A stretch of 63,889 bases of DNA, counting the filler, from Craspedostauros australis (lineage: Eukaryota): the NCBI GenBank assembly GCA_030167865.1. It is 9 parts of 9 records of this genome, joined end to end, with 100 filler letters (N's around TTAATTAATTAA, not from the genome) between each part and the next. Parts side by side here need not be neighbours in the genome. Positions count along the whole stretch, not along the records: positions 10,851 to 28,406 come from JALAGF010004249.1; 8 more parts are not named here. The stretch is one strand, 5' to 3'. The position numbers were made by a program, and so were the translations under genes. The notes under the pieces are model-generated. The model was given only the letters and a program-made list of their open reading frames with translations. It searched no databases and was not told the origin of the DNA. Below, piece by piece: positions 12,932-23,700 of the stretch (position 1 is its first letter; each line of letters opens with the position of its first letter).

Positions 12932-14461
12932 ATGAGAGGACACGGAAAGAAGACCAACGGCGAAGAAAGGAAGCAGACGATGGAGATGCTGGAGACGATA
13001 GAGGCCATGGAAGCGATGGCGCAATCCAGAGCGAAGGCAGGTCTTCGTGGCCTCCAGAACAACGATCCCAAGCTTCGATTGGAGGGCGAATCTCCTCCAC
13101 CATCACAATCACCATCACCACCCTCTCTCGTTGAGAAGGTCGCATTCCCGACACTCGTTGTGGTGGGAGGATCCATGATGGTGACCAGAGGTTGGGTTTG
13201 GTCCGGCTCCGTGTCCTTCATCTTTGGTCTTTTCATGCTCGTCGCATCCTTGTTGCTGGACGATGATGGTGACTATCTCATTCATGACATCTCTGACGAT
13301 GCAGGGAAGGACGTGGGAGAGGATGCATGGATGCAGCATGCTGCCATGTCAGCGGGACAAGATGATGCGTCGGTGCTGGACATGAGACGCGAAATGAAGC
13401 TGTCTCAGCTGCAGCAGCCCTCGCAGTTCATCGAACAACTTGAGAAGCTTCAAGACGATCAACTGGAGAGCGCTGATGCGGACAAGATCGCGAGTACGGA
13501 TGTGACGAACGAAGCAACCGATGCAACCCACGCGCGCAGCAACACAATGAAGTGCCTGGCCATCATGCACGAATTGAGCGCAAGGGTCGCCGATTCCATA
13601 CGAAACAACCACGGCAGCATGCCGCAGATGGAAGACGGTCTTGCCCTGGTTGCACAGGAAGCATGCTGCAGTTCCATTCGGAAGTACCCCGAAGACGTCA
13701 ACGTGATCAGAACTGCGCTGTTCCTCCTTTCTCTGATCGCAAAGAACACCGCCGTTCGGACAAGGTGCATCTCGAACCCCCGGCAATTCGGGGTGAAGGG
13801 GATCATCCAGAGCATGAGACGGTTGTTGGACAAGGCCAGGAACGAGCGCGATGAGAGCCAGGAGGAGATTCTTGCAGAATCATTGCGCAAGGGGGCGCTG
13901 CTGCTGGGCGTGCTGGCGGACGACGACGGCGACGGATCGGGCGATCGTTCGTTGGCTACGACGCTGTCACGACATGTCTGCGAGGCTGGTGGGATGGGCG
14001 TCATCATCGACACCGCCAACTGGTACAGGTTGCATCGAGGCATCGTCAAGTGGTCTCTGTGGTCCATCTTCACGCTGTGCTACGACAACGCCCAGCACAA
14101 GGCCATACTCATCCAGTTTGGTGGCGTCGGAATGATCTGCCGGTCGTTGCACAACTTCCCCGAATGCCTGGATATCCACCGCCATGGTTTGGGCATCCTC
14201 TTCGACATCTTGCGAGAGACTGCGCCGGGTCAGAATCAGAATGGTGACATCAAGATCGATTACTGGAAGGTCCGCAACCATGCGGTCAACTGTGGTCTCC
14301 ACGTCACTGCGCAGAAAGCAATGAAGAGCTTTCCGCGATGCCCTGACATACTCATGATGGCGCAGCAGCTGCTTCTGGGAACTGGCTACGCAGGCGAGAT
14401 TCCAAGCGCAACATACAATGGCAGCCAGACTTCCACAACTCTGTGCCTTGCACCGTCGTGA
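12932..14461 (+). CDS. Armadillo-like helical repeat protein with N-terminal hydrophobic segment
   Basis: 509-aa ORF; ARM-like segments (EAGGMGVIIDTANWY, ILIQFGGVGMICRSLHNFP, VNCGLHVTAQKAMKSFP); start codon uncertain. Confidence 0.7.
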   Translation: MRGHGKKTNGEERKQTMEMLETIEAMEAMAQSRAKAGLRGLQNNDPKLRLEGESPPPSQSPSPPSLVEKVAFPTLVVVGGSMMVTRGWVWSGSVSFIFGLFMLVASLLLDDDGDYLIHDISDDAGKDVGEDAWMQHAAMSAGQDDASVLDMRREMKLSQLQQPSQFIEQLEKLQDDQLESADADKIASTDVTNEATDATHARSNTMKCLAIMHELSARVADSIRNNHGSMPQMEDGLALVAQEACCSSIRKYPEDVNVIRTALFLLSLIAKNTAVRTRCISNPRQFGVKGIIQSMRRLLDKARNERDESQEEILAESLRKGALLLGVLADDDGDGSGDRSLATTLSRHVCEAGGMGVIIDTANWYRLHRGIVKWSLWSIFTLCYDNAQHKAILIQFGGVGMICRSLHNFPECLDIHRHGLGILFDILRETAPGQNQNGDIKIDYWKVRNHAVNCGLHVTAQKAMKSFPRCPDILMMAQQLLLGTGYAGEIPSATYNGSQTSTTLCLAPS

Positions 14462-14955
14462 AGCATCATCGTCATGGTAAATGGAGGGGGGACAAGGCTC
14501 GGTCCAATTGGTACCAGCGATGACAAGCACCCCTCATACAATCGCCTTCCTCCACATCATCCGCAGCAACAGCTAACGATGCAAAAGGAGGAAAAATGAA
14601 TTTGGAGTAGTCCGATTTGTCCAAGATACGATTTCGTGCGAATTCTGTCTTCGCCTTTTCGGTTCGCATCGTGGAAATTCCGAAATGAACTGATCGCATC
14701 GATACGACCTCAACTGGGATTTTCCCGTGCTCCAGGGGTCAAGAAGCCTCTTTGTGTGGCTTTGTTCGTTGTGTTCTTGCATTCTGTGTTGTCATTTCAC
14801 GGGTGTGGCTGTATCGAAGGAGGCTGTGTGGTCATAGTCAGTTGCAATCAGCTGCATTCGGCGAGAGAGAGAGAGAGAGGAAGGGACGCGGCTTCCATCA
14901 ACGCGAGAGAGAGAGAGAGAGAGCACGCGCGAAACTGCCAAAAGGAACGATCAAG

Positions 14956-16323
14956 ATGAGAGTCACAGTTGTGCTGACTTCGATCGCCGCTGTGCTGCAT
15001 TCCACCGTGGCGTTCTCGCCTCTGTTACCTTGCCACGACGGATTTCGGCAACAGCGAGTAACACGGCATCGTCTCGATCGTGCACGCTGCAGTGGCGGCG
15101 GCAACGGCTCCCGTTTCGCTCTCGAAGAAGACAATGATGAAGGTTCCTGGGAATACGACAGGCTCACTTTTGAAAACGTTCGCAAGATCCCGGCCGCCGC
15201 TGTCTTCGTATGTATCTTATTCTCCCTCTGCGCCTGCAACGCCATTATCATGGGCACCCGCGACGTCTTTGATGACATCCGCGACTTCTTCAACAAGGTC
15301 AAAGTCGACGTCTTCAACAAGGCCAATGTCGACGTCTGCAACAACCACGACAGCGTATACGTTGATGGCGACGTTGGTAACGATGTTGGTAACGGCGTTG
15401 GTAAGGATGTTGGCGACGATGTTGATGGCGACGTTGATAACGGTGTTGGTGACGATGTTGGTGACGACTTCTTCAACAAAGTCAAAGTCGACGTCTGCAA
15501 CAACCACGACAGCGTATACGTTGATGGCGATGTTGATGACGACGTTGATAACGGTGTTGGTGACGATGTTGGTGACGACTTCTTCAACAAGGTCAAAGTC
15601 GACGTCTTCAACAACCATGACAGCGTATACGTTGATTGCGATGTTGATGACGACGTTGATAACGGTGTTGGCGACGATGTTGGTGGCGACTTCTTCAACA
15701 AGGTCAAAGTCGACGTCTTCAACAACCACGACAGCGTATACGTTGATGGCGATGTTGGTGACGACGTTGATGACAATGATCCATTGTTCCCACCGCGCAT
15801 CGCGGCGATCATCGAACGTGTCAAAATGACCAGATCCATCTCGGACATTCGTTTCACAAACGCTGGGACGCTGGTGCTGGACATTCCGCCAAGAGGCATG
15901 ACAGTGCGTTCGGCGATGATTGGTGCAAGCTTGAGCACGGCGGGGCTTTTTGTGGTGGGGTCGCTTTCGGGTCCCCTCGTTTCAGGGGTGTATGGCGGCT
16001 TCGTGGCCAAATTCATGGTTGTGAATCCCTTCGTATCGACCCACATCACGATCGGTCAGCACACGTGGTCCTTGGAACGAAGGTATTGTGGGGACACGGA
16101 TGCCTTCACGGAAAGCAGCACCGACCAGTTGGTCCGAGCAAGTCTCAAGACAAAGTCCTCGATGTTTTCGGATGAAATGGAAGGCAAGCTGTACTTGTAC
16201 ACAAAGAAGCCACGAATGCGAAAGGTCCGGTTGGCGGCTGGGTTGCCTTTGGAAGAGCAGCAACTACTCGAGGGTGTCATCAATGACTACTTGGACCATC
16301 GATCATGTGGCGACTCCGAGTAG
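14956..16323 (+). CDS. Putative plastid-targeted membrane protein with acidic 37-aa tandem repeats (455 aa)
   Basis: ATG 14956 gives signal peptide MRVTVVLTSIAAVLHSTVA|FSP (ASAFAP-type cleavage motif) and an Arg-rich transit peptide; repeat block; C-terminal TLVLDIPPRG + hydrophobic hairpin + ITIGQHTWSLE domain. Confidence 0.75.
   Translation: MRVTVVLTSIAAVLHSTVAFSPLLPCHDGFRQQRVTRHRLDRARCSGGGNGSRFALEEDNDEGSWEYDRLTFENVRKIPAAAVFVCILFSLCACNAIIMGTRDVFDDIRDFFNKVKVDVFNKANVDVCNNHDSVYVDGDVGNDVGNGVGKDVGDDVDGDVDNGVGDDVGDDFFNKVKVDVCNNHDSVYVDGDVDDDVDNGVGDDVGDDFFNKVKVDVFNNHDSVYVDCDVDDDVDNGVGDDVGGDFFNKVKVDVFNNHDSVYVDGDVGDDVDDNDPLFPPRIAAIIERVKMTRSISDIRFTNAGTLVLDIPPRGMTVRSAMIGASLSTAGLFVVGSLSGPLVSGVYGGFVAKFMVVNPFVSTHITIGQHTWSLERRYCGDTDAFTESSTDQLVRASLKTKSSMFSDEMEGKLYLYTKKPRMRKVRLAAGLPLEEQQLLEGVINDYLDHRSCGDSE
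15283..15775 (+). repeat. Coding tandem repeat, 4 units, 111-bp period (first unit expanded to 183 bp)
   Basis: GACTTCTTCAACAA starts at 15283, 15466, 15577 and 15688; encodes DFFNKVKVDV(F/C)NNHDSVYVDGDV... Confidence 0.93.
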
Positions 16324-16469
16324 AGAATACTGCAACTCTCTCTAGCGACAGTATTACTAGTAAACTCTCGCACTCGTCAAACTAATCATGGCGGTTCATC
16401 ACGTAACTCGTTCAGCCGATGCTTCATACAATCAATATTCTACTCCCGCTCACCACCCCAGCCTAAAGC

Positions 16470-18614
16470 TCAGTCATTGAATTGCTCGACGTCTTGGTCG
16501 ATCAAGCGCCAGCCAATTGGAAACTCCCTGGCCCACATGGGCCGATCGATCGGTTCGTATTGGCGATTGAGGTTGAGATCCTTGGCATGCGTGTAAAAGT
16601 AGCTCTCCGAGATGCCCTGTTCGTATCCTGGCGTGTGGTCTTTGAGTTCGTGATAACCGCGCATGCGGATGATGTATCCAGTGAACGTGGAGAGGAAGGC
16701 ACCGAAGAAACGGCGTCCTTTCGAGGCGACGACCTGATCGAGCATGCCGAAGTAGTTGGGGTTCATGCCGAACAGGAGGGGTTGGAAGTCCTGCAGGAAG
16801 TAGATGTGGTAGTGGTGGCGGAAGAGATCGAAGAAGGATTTGTCCTTCTCGTCCGTGGCGATGAAGATGGTGGCGTTGGGCGTGAGCAATGACCGAATGT
16901 TGTTGTGGATCTCCTCAGCTGATAATCGGGTCTCCTTGTACTGAAAGTCACCACGCCGAATGTGAAAGGTATCGAATTTGCCATCGGGGTTGCCATTCGC
17001 CTTGGCGATCTGTCGCAGCGAGTGCACGATACGCGCCGCGGTGCAGTGGATGGCATCGATGTAGCGCAAGTGATCGCGAATGAAGCGTTTCGTCCACAGA
17101 TCTTGCTTCCAGTGCTCATGGAACAAGTAGGCGTAGAAGTGGACGAGGAGACGTGCTCCCGACTTGTTGTCGCCCATGAAGTGCACCACCTTGGAATCCT
17201 GCAGTGTTTTGTTGTAAACGCAGAGATCTTGTCGAAAGGCCTTGAGCTCCGTCATGCGTTCGGTCGTCGTGCCGTCGACAGGCGCTGGGTTGCCTTGCAG
17301 CTTTCGTATCCGAGCGCGCGTCTTTTTGGGTCCTACGGCGATCTGATCCCAGTACTGTTGGCCCCGCTGTTCGCCCTCCAGACCGGGTCCTTTCGGGAAG
17401 TAGACGAGGCAATTGTCGAAGGACCAGATGGGCGTCTCAGCGACCGACCGCATCCACTTCCACATGTGCCATCCCATGCTGCGTTGCTTTGGCAGGAAGG
17501 TGGTTTGTTTGCGTGGCGTGTAGGCGACCTTACCGCTCTCCTTGTACTTGAGATTGCCCGGCAGCATTTCACGCTCGAGGAATTCCTCGAAGGTAATGAC
17601 GTTGAGCCCTCTGTGTTCGTTGGCGACCGACGAGAAGTGGTAGAAATCAGCAAACGAGAACCGATTCTTGGCGTTATCCTGATCCTTGTTGAGGAGGTAC
17701 ACTTTCATCCTCGGCGGCATGACGAGGGTGCGTCCCATGGAGACCGCGAGCGCGGTGGCCGTCTCGATGCTCATGCGGATGTTATTCCAGCCACCCTCGT
17801 CGCCCTCGAAGGTGAGGTACTTGGTTTCGGTCGTGGATTGGTACGGCGAGGTGTACTCCGCGTCGGACGGTATGTCCCTCCAGTAGACCATCTCTTCCTG
17901 CAGGAAGGATCGGTTGTACGGGCCTCCATGCGCGTCACATGACAACCCAGCCACTCTGTGGTCGTTCAAGTATTTGGGGGAGGGCCGAGGTTGGTTCATC
18001 CTGGGTTGGAGTTCGGCGAAGAGCCGTTTGAAGAAGTCCGGCGGTAGCGGTGGGAGCCAGTCGCCGGGGTCGGAGTACGGATTGGCGGTTGCGTTGGTCA
18101 CGATATCGACCTTGCCACCGTTGCCGGAATCGCTGCTGGCCACGGCAAAAGCCTCCGCCACCTTGGCCGATCGGATGATGGTCTGCATGGAGGTGTAGTT
18201 GAGCAGGACCGTGCTGACGATGCATACCATCAGCACAGAGACGAGCAGAGTCGCATTGCGCGATTGTTTCCTGGGAGATGCCTTCTGCTGCTGCTGCTTC
18301 TGTTGCTGCTGCTGTTGTTGTGTGAGAGCCAGCTTCGATGAGTACGGATGCGAGGTGGCAGCTGTTGGTGGCATCTGAGGCCGCCGTAGCAGTGGTGGTT
18401 GCGAGGCGGGCTGCAGTGAAGTCATTGACGGTTTCTGTTGCTGCGATTGCGCCAATGCAGGAAGAGCGGTTGGAGCAGAAGTCGGAAGAGGCGTGCGGAC
18501 ACCTGCGCTTGCATCTGATTGTGCGTCTGCGGCCACCACCGATTCCTGCTGTTCGCCATTGCCGTTCGTCATTCTGCCTTGGCCTGTCTGAGCCTCTTCG
18601 GTCATGGCAGGCAT
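16470..18614 (-). CDS. GDP-fucose protein O-fucosyltransferase family (POFUT2/GT68-like), type II membrane
   Basis: 714 aa; TM anchor; motifs YLTFEGDEGGWNNIRMSIET, FHIRRGDF, IFIATDE, LDQVVAS..F.G.F.STFTGYI. Confidence 0.88.
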   Translation of the reverse strand: MPAMTEEAQTGQGRMTNGNGEQQESVVAADAQSDASAGVRTPLPTSAPTALPALAQSQQQKPSMTSLQPASQPPLLRRPQMPPTAATSHPYSSKLALTQQQQQQQKQQQQKASPRKQSRNATLLVSVLMVCIVSTVLLNYTSMQTIIRSAKVAEAFAVASSDSGNGGKVDIVTNATANPYSDPGDWLPPLPPDFFKRLFAELQPRMNQPRPSPKYLNDHRVAGLSCDAHGGPYNRSFLQEEMVYWRDIPSDAEYTSPYQSTTETKYLTFEGDEGGWNNIRMSIETATALAVSMGRTLVMPPRMKVYLLNKDQDNAKNRFSFADFYHFSSVANEHRGLNVITFEEFLEREMLPGNLKYKESGKVAYTPRKQTTFLPKQRSMGWHMWKWMRSVAETPIWSFDNCLVYFPKGPGLEGEQRGQQYWDQIAVGPKKTRARIRKLQGNPAPVDGTTTERMTELKAFRQDLCVYNKTLQDSKVVHFMGDNKSGARLLVHFYAYLFHEHWKQDLWTKRFIRDHLRYIDAIHCTAARIVHSLRQIAKANGNPDGKFDTFHIRRGDFQYKETRLSAEEIHNNIRSLLTPNATIFIATDEKDKSFFDLFRHHYHIYFLQDFQPLLFGMNPNYFGMLDQVVASKGRRFFGAFLSTFTGYIIRMRGYHELKDHTPGYEQGISESYFYTHAKDLNLNRQYEPIDRPMWAREFPIGWRLIDQDVEQFND

Positions 18615-19250
18615 CGATGTCCCTTGGAGAAGGGGAGGACTCCGCTTGGAGACTAGTCAGTGTGGTGCTTGAGTCTCTGCCTCTCGACAAGATGCTGCAG
18701 CGATACCTGGGGATCCCTGGCTGCTACAACTATAATATTATATTATATTATATAATACGAGTATGATGGATTCGTGGCCGGTTGATGGACCAAGGGAGGT
18801 GATGGTGAATGTGTCGAAACGCAAATGGGGCTGAGGATGCTTCCACATCGTGAACGCCAGGACCCTTGTGACCAACCGTGGTCGTGTCAAAAGACCCCTC
18901 GACTCCGCAAAAGTGCAGACCAAGCTCACTCCGTAATCTTCCCAAATCTCGAAAACGCTTCCAAAATCGTGGTTAGGTATTTTGGAATCTCGACATGCCG
19001 ATTAACCCGTCTACTATATCAATATTGAATATACAAAAGAGCTAATATTTTTGCGCAACGTTCATCGGAAGTTCAATGCTCAATCTCTACCCCCAAAGTC
19101 ACACTTCATCGTTTCATGACTTCATCACTTCATCATCATCTCTCGCATCATCCTTATCCTCGTCATTTCCTGATTCATCGAGTTACGTCGAGTTGCATCA
19201 AGTTGAGTTGATCGATCGACACTCCAAACAAGACACGATCTTGGATCGAG

Positions 19251-20450
19251 ATGGTCCGAAAGTCCAGCAAGAAGGCGTCCAGAGCCAAGCGCCAGCAGGA
19301 GCAACAGCAGCAGTCTGCTGGAGGCGACGGCTCGTCTTCCTCTGAAGCACAGCAGACCGGCGGCTCCCGAATGGGCCTCATCGTTCTCTCCATCGGCGTT
19401 GCGATCGCCGCCATCTTCTTCCGCAACAACTCGCAGGCAGATCAGCTCCACAACAAGTACCGCAAACAAAAGAACGTCAAGACGGAACCCAAGAAGTCGC
19501 CCAAGCCGAGCCACACGATCGCGACGATCACCAACGACTGCGAGATCCTGGAAACGCAGCGGCATGATAAGACCTCCTTCACGCAAGGATTGGAGTACGA
19601 TCTGCAAACATCCACGTTCCTCGAGGGCACCGGTCTGTACGGAAGATCCGGCGTGCGCACATGGTCCTACGGAGATGCGCCCGTCGATGACGCGGCAGCA
19701 GAATATCAGCGGTACCCCACCTACACGAGGCGTCCCATCCAGGTCCACTCGCAGCATTCCATTGAGCGGGAGTACTTTGGGGAAGGTATCTGTTCGTACA
19801 GAAACGACACCAGACACAAGGAGCAGGCCGTTGGTCTGGAAGACCGCAGCGGCATTGACGACACCAACAACTACCTAGTGCAGCTCACGTGGAAGGAAAA
19901 CCTACTCATTATCTACGACTACAATTCTGCAAACCGGAGCCTCACCTACAAATTCAGCAAGTATTTCAGGACGCAGCACAGGAACGAAGGCTGGGGCATC
20001 GCCTACAACCCCAATCATCACGTCTTCTACGTGTCGGACGGATCGCACTACATCTACACGTGGGACGCGAACAACTTCAAGCTCGTGGCGCAGATGCCCA
20101 TCACGATCCTCCTCTCGGATGAACAGCAGCGATCCCTGCGGCGGCCGTTGCCCGGTGACGACGTCAATGATCGTGATGGAGCGCGCACGATCCCGCTGCT
20201 CAACGAGCTCGAATACGACGAGCATACGCATACCCTGCTTGCCAACGTGTGGTACGAAGACGTCATCGTGCGGATCGACATGAATGTGGGAGAAGTGATC
20301 GAGCTTTATGATTTGCAGACGCTCTTTTATCCTCGTTCCCGCAATGAAGATTGCATGAACGGTATCGCGTGGGCCAATGAGGAGCACACGGAGCTGTGGG
20401 TCACGGGGAAGTTCTGGCCTTGGATGTTCCGCGTGCAGCTCGAAGAATAG
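19251..20450 (+). CDS. Glutaminyl-peptide cyclotransferase, plant/bacterial beta-propeller type
   Basis: Motifs HD..SFTQGL, EGTGLYGRS, YFGEGI, QLTWKE, EGWGIAY, SDGS, LNELEY, ANVWYED.IVRID, NGIAW, LWVTGKFWP; N-terminal signal anchor. Confidence 0.93.
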   Translation: MVRKSSKKASRAKRQQEQQQQSAGGDGSSSSEAQQTGGSRMGLIVLSIGVAIAAIFFRNNSQADQLHNKYRKQKNVKTEPKKSPKPSHTIATITNDCEILETQRHDKTSFTQGLEYDLQTSTFLEGTGLYGRSGVRTWSYGDAPVDDAAAEYQRYPTYTRRPIQVHSQHSIEREYFGEGICSYRNDTRHKEQAVGLEDRSGIDDTNNYLVQLTWKENLLIIYDYNSANRSLTYKFSKYFRTQHRNEGWGIAYNPNHHVFYVSDGSHYIYTWDANNFKLVAQMPITILLSDEQQRSLRRPLPGDDVNDRDGARTIPLLNELEYDEHTHTLLANVWYEDVIVRIDMNVGEVIELYDLQTLFYPRSRNEDCMNGIAWANEEHTELWVTGKFWPWMFRVQLEE

Positions 20451-20755
20451 AACCGGCAAAACGCAACATGCGCCATACGAGTGCGACGCCATGGATGGGA
20501 GACATAGACTGTGTGCTGGTGGGTTGATTGAACAGGAGAGCGGGCGAGTGCAATACTCTCTCTCTCTCTCTAGAATTACGAGTATACTAATACTAGTCCG
20601 TGTATTCTACTGCACTCTATGGAACTTCGATCATGTGGTGCTCGTACAGCACTGCTCGTAGTGCGCATATCAGCAGTCTCTTGCAGCACTCGCAGGCTGG
20701 ACGGTGTTGGCACCTCGTTGCTCGACCGCAGTCGGAGTCCTCAACAGGAATGAAA

Positions 20756-23700
20756 TCAGAATGACTCATCGTCATCTGAATCGATGAGGTCGTGGGTTCT
20801 CGGCGGCTGATCCAAAACGAGCTTCTTGTTTGCTGTTTTGACGGCCACGCGCTTGAACCTGGCTGGTTTGTTCGCTGATTTGCTTCGTCTGGATTTTTGG
20901 ACAGATCTGCGGCCGGTGCGAGACATCTTGATCACTGACTCGTCCGGCGGTTCCAAGATGAGTTCTTCGTCTTCCACGTCATCTTCCTCCTCATAGTCAT
21001 CATCCTCACTGATGTCGTCGTCATCATCGTCATCTGTTTCGCTGTCATCCCCAGTGTCCAGGCCGGCATCCGGTTTGTCGTCCAAATCCATTTCAGTCCT
21101 CGTAATGCGAGGTCGTTTGAAGCCGGCATTGGGGCTCGATTTTGAGGCCGCCCCAGGTTTGGTTGATACGTCCGCAGCCTCGTTAACCATTGCCTCTTTG
21201 TCATGACGGATTTCGACGATCTCAGCTGTGGTTGTGTTCGATGGACGGGTCGCATCCAGGCGCGATTCGTCACCGTCAGCCGCTCCCATCTCCTCGTCCA
21301 CGTCCGCATCTATTTGTACAGTAGGTTGAGGAGCAATGGTAGATGAAGGAGAAGTGGTCATGGGATGTTCATGCTCATGGCCGTCGTTGACGTTGCCTTG
21401 GCTGAGATTGCCATCATTGCTGTTGGTGCGCGCCGTGACACCATCGGCAACAACGGGAGTGCTCGCATTGCTCGTCGAATCCAGACCACCAAAATGTGGC
21501 TTCATGTTCGGTGTGCCCAACTTGCGTTTTTTCTTTGTGTCGGATTTCTTCGGTCCACCAGGAGTGGTTGTTCCTGCTGCCGCTGCCATCGTGCGTTTCT
21601 TGGTGGCGGTACGTTTGGTGGATGGCGCCGGTGCGAAGACATCCGCGTTGGGCGCTGTGAGATCTATCTGCTCCAAGATAGCAACATTGTTCCAAAGTCG
21701 CAGCAACCGGCGTGTGAATTCGATGGGTGATATTCTGGACCGAGTCGTTGCGGCATAGCGGTGCTGCAGCAGCCGGCGTATCTGGAAGAACTCCTTGGAC
21801 TCGATTTTTGGCGCTGTCATTGTTGTTGCCGATTGGTTGGTGGTCTTGGAGTCTTCGCTGTCCGATGGCTTGTGCTTGCGCCTTTCCTCGGTGTAACCTG
21901 GAAGAGGCTCATCCAACACGTAATATGCGTGCTTGGGGTCGCTGTGGGTTTCGGTCGTGTTGCAAATGAGCAGCATGCATTCCAAAGCGTAGTGCAGCGA
22001 CGGTTCGTCCGTGAAATCACCACGAGTGGCTGATGTCGGCAATGTTGAAAGTGAAGGTGTCAGAGACGTTTCGCCAGTGGTGGTTTTGGCAATGTCGCTA
22101 TTCTTGCTGTTGCGGCATAGAGCGCGATTCCGAGAAGACGCTGTTGCAATAGCCGCATTTGGATTTGTGCTGGAGCTATTGCTGCCGTTTGCCACATGCG
22201 TGGCGAATCTGGCCAAAGAATCTATCTTCATAATGTATCTGATTGTCGACTTTCGGTTGTTGAAGTTGGGGTTGATTTTGAAAGTGAAGACCTGACGGAA
22301 TGAAGACAGGTCTTTTTCAGGTTCCTTCGGCTTGTCCTCTTTGCTAGCCTTTGACGTTTTCTTCTTCTTCTTGGAGCTACCGCTCGCCCCTTTGGGGGAG
22401 ATGCGCGATTTGGCTCCTGGAGACTTTTTTGGCTTGATTGTTGATTTGGCAAAGAGTTCGGGCGTGAGCAAGGTGTGGTCGCCGGCCTCGTGTTCGGCCC
22501 TGGCGATCTCGACGGCTGCGAGGAAGTCTGATTCCGATTTGGCAAAGTCGATCTCGGTTTTGGCTTGCCTTCCATCGTCGTCATTCTTCTGGGATTGTTG
22601 AGACTGCTGCTGCTGCCCTGTACCTTTGCTTTCGTCTTGGTTGGAAGCCAGTGTTCCAGGTTGAGCGTTGGTTTGCTGGGCTGCCATGGCATCAGCCGGT
22701 TTCTTTTTCTTGGCACCTTTGAAGTTGGGGGCACCAGTGTGTGTACGACCAAACTTGGCAGTCCGAATGGCATGAATGACCTTTGAGAGACGAGTCTTGG
22801 TGGTCATGACGACGCACATGGTGGAGTCTTTCTCGCCATCTTTGAGCTTGAGGAAGCGACCCCCGAGCACCGTGCATATCTCATGGACGACGCACCTGGC
22901 GAGGAGTCGGACCTCGTCCGGTCTCTCTGATTGAAGGCATTGCATCGCGAGCTGTATGATCTTGGTGTAGTATATATTCCCTGCGTGCTTGATGTTCCAC
23001 GTGCGCAGTTTCGTGGAAATGACATCAACCTTGGTTGGCACGAAAGGGATGAGCTCTTCAGGTGTTGGGGCCGACTTTCTGGAGCTCCTTGCTGTCTTTT
23101 TGGGGCCCCATGGTATGGGTGCAGGCACCGCTGGTTTGTTGCCTTGCAGCTCTGCGTCTGGGGCGGTGCTTCTCTCCAAGCCTACATCTGCATCTGCGTC
23201 TGCAGGTGGGCCCGCATTTGTGCCTGCTTCCTTGTTGTTGACATCTTGTGGATTGGCCTTTTTCTTCTTCTTTGCATTCATCTCCCGGTCCTCGTTTATT
23301 GTTTCAAGATCGGGGAAACCGGACTTTGTAGACTTTGCAGGCTTTGATGCCAACGCAGCTGAGACCCTTGGTTTAGCCATTGATCGAGACATGGAAGGGG
23401 AAATGTCGGAAGCTTGGCGGTTAGCTTTTCGTTGCTGTTTTTGTGTCTTGTGCTGTGATTTTGGCTTTTGTTGTTGTTGTTGCCGTGGTTTCTTCTTCAG
23501 TTGCTGCTCATGTTCTTGTTGCTGCAGCTGCTGTTGGTCTTTCCTCTTTTTCGCCTTCGGCTGTTGTTGTGATGGGGGTTGGGGTCGAGGCCGGGGTTGC
23601 TGTTTCTTCTGCTGGTGCGGTTTTGGTTGCGGTTGTGATTGTTCCTGCGGATTCTTCTTCTCTTGCTGCTGAGGTTGAGGCTGAGGTTGAAGCTGCGGCC

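Noticed and set aside
15283..15775. CRISPR-like array, or overlapping genes (long ORFs in several frames)
   Set aside because: Units are in-frame 111-bp coding repeats without unique spacers and there are no cas genes; alternative ORFs follow from the stop-poor repeat composition.
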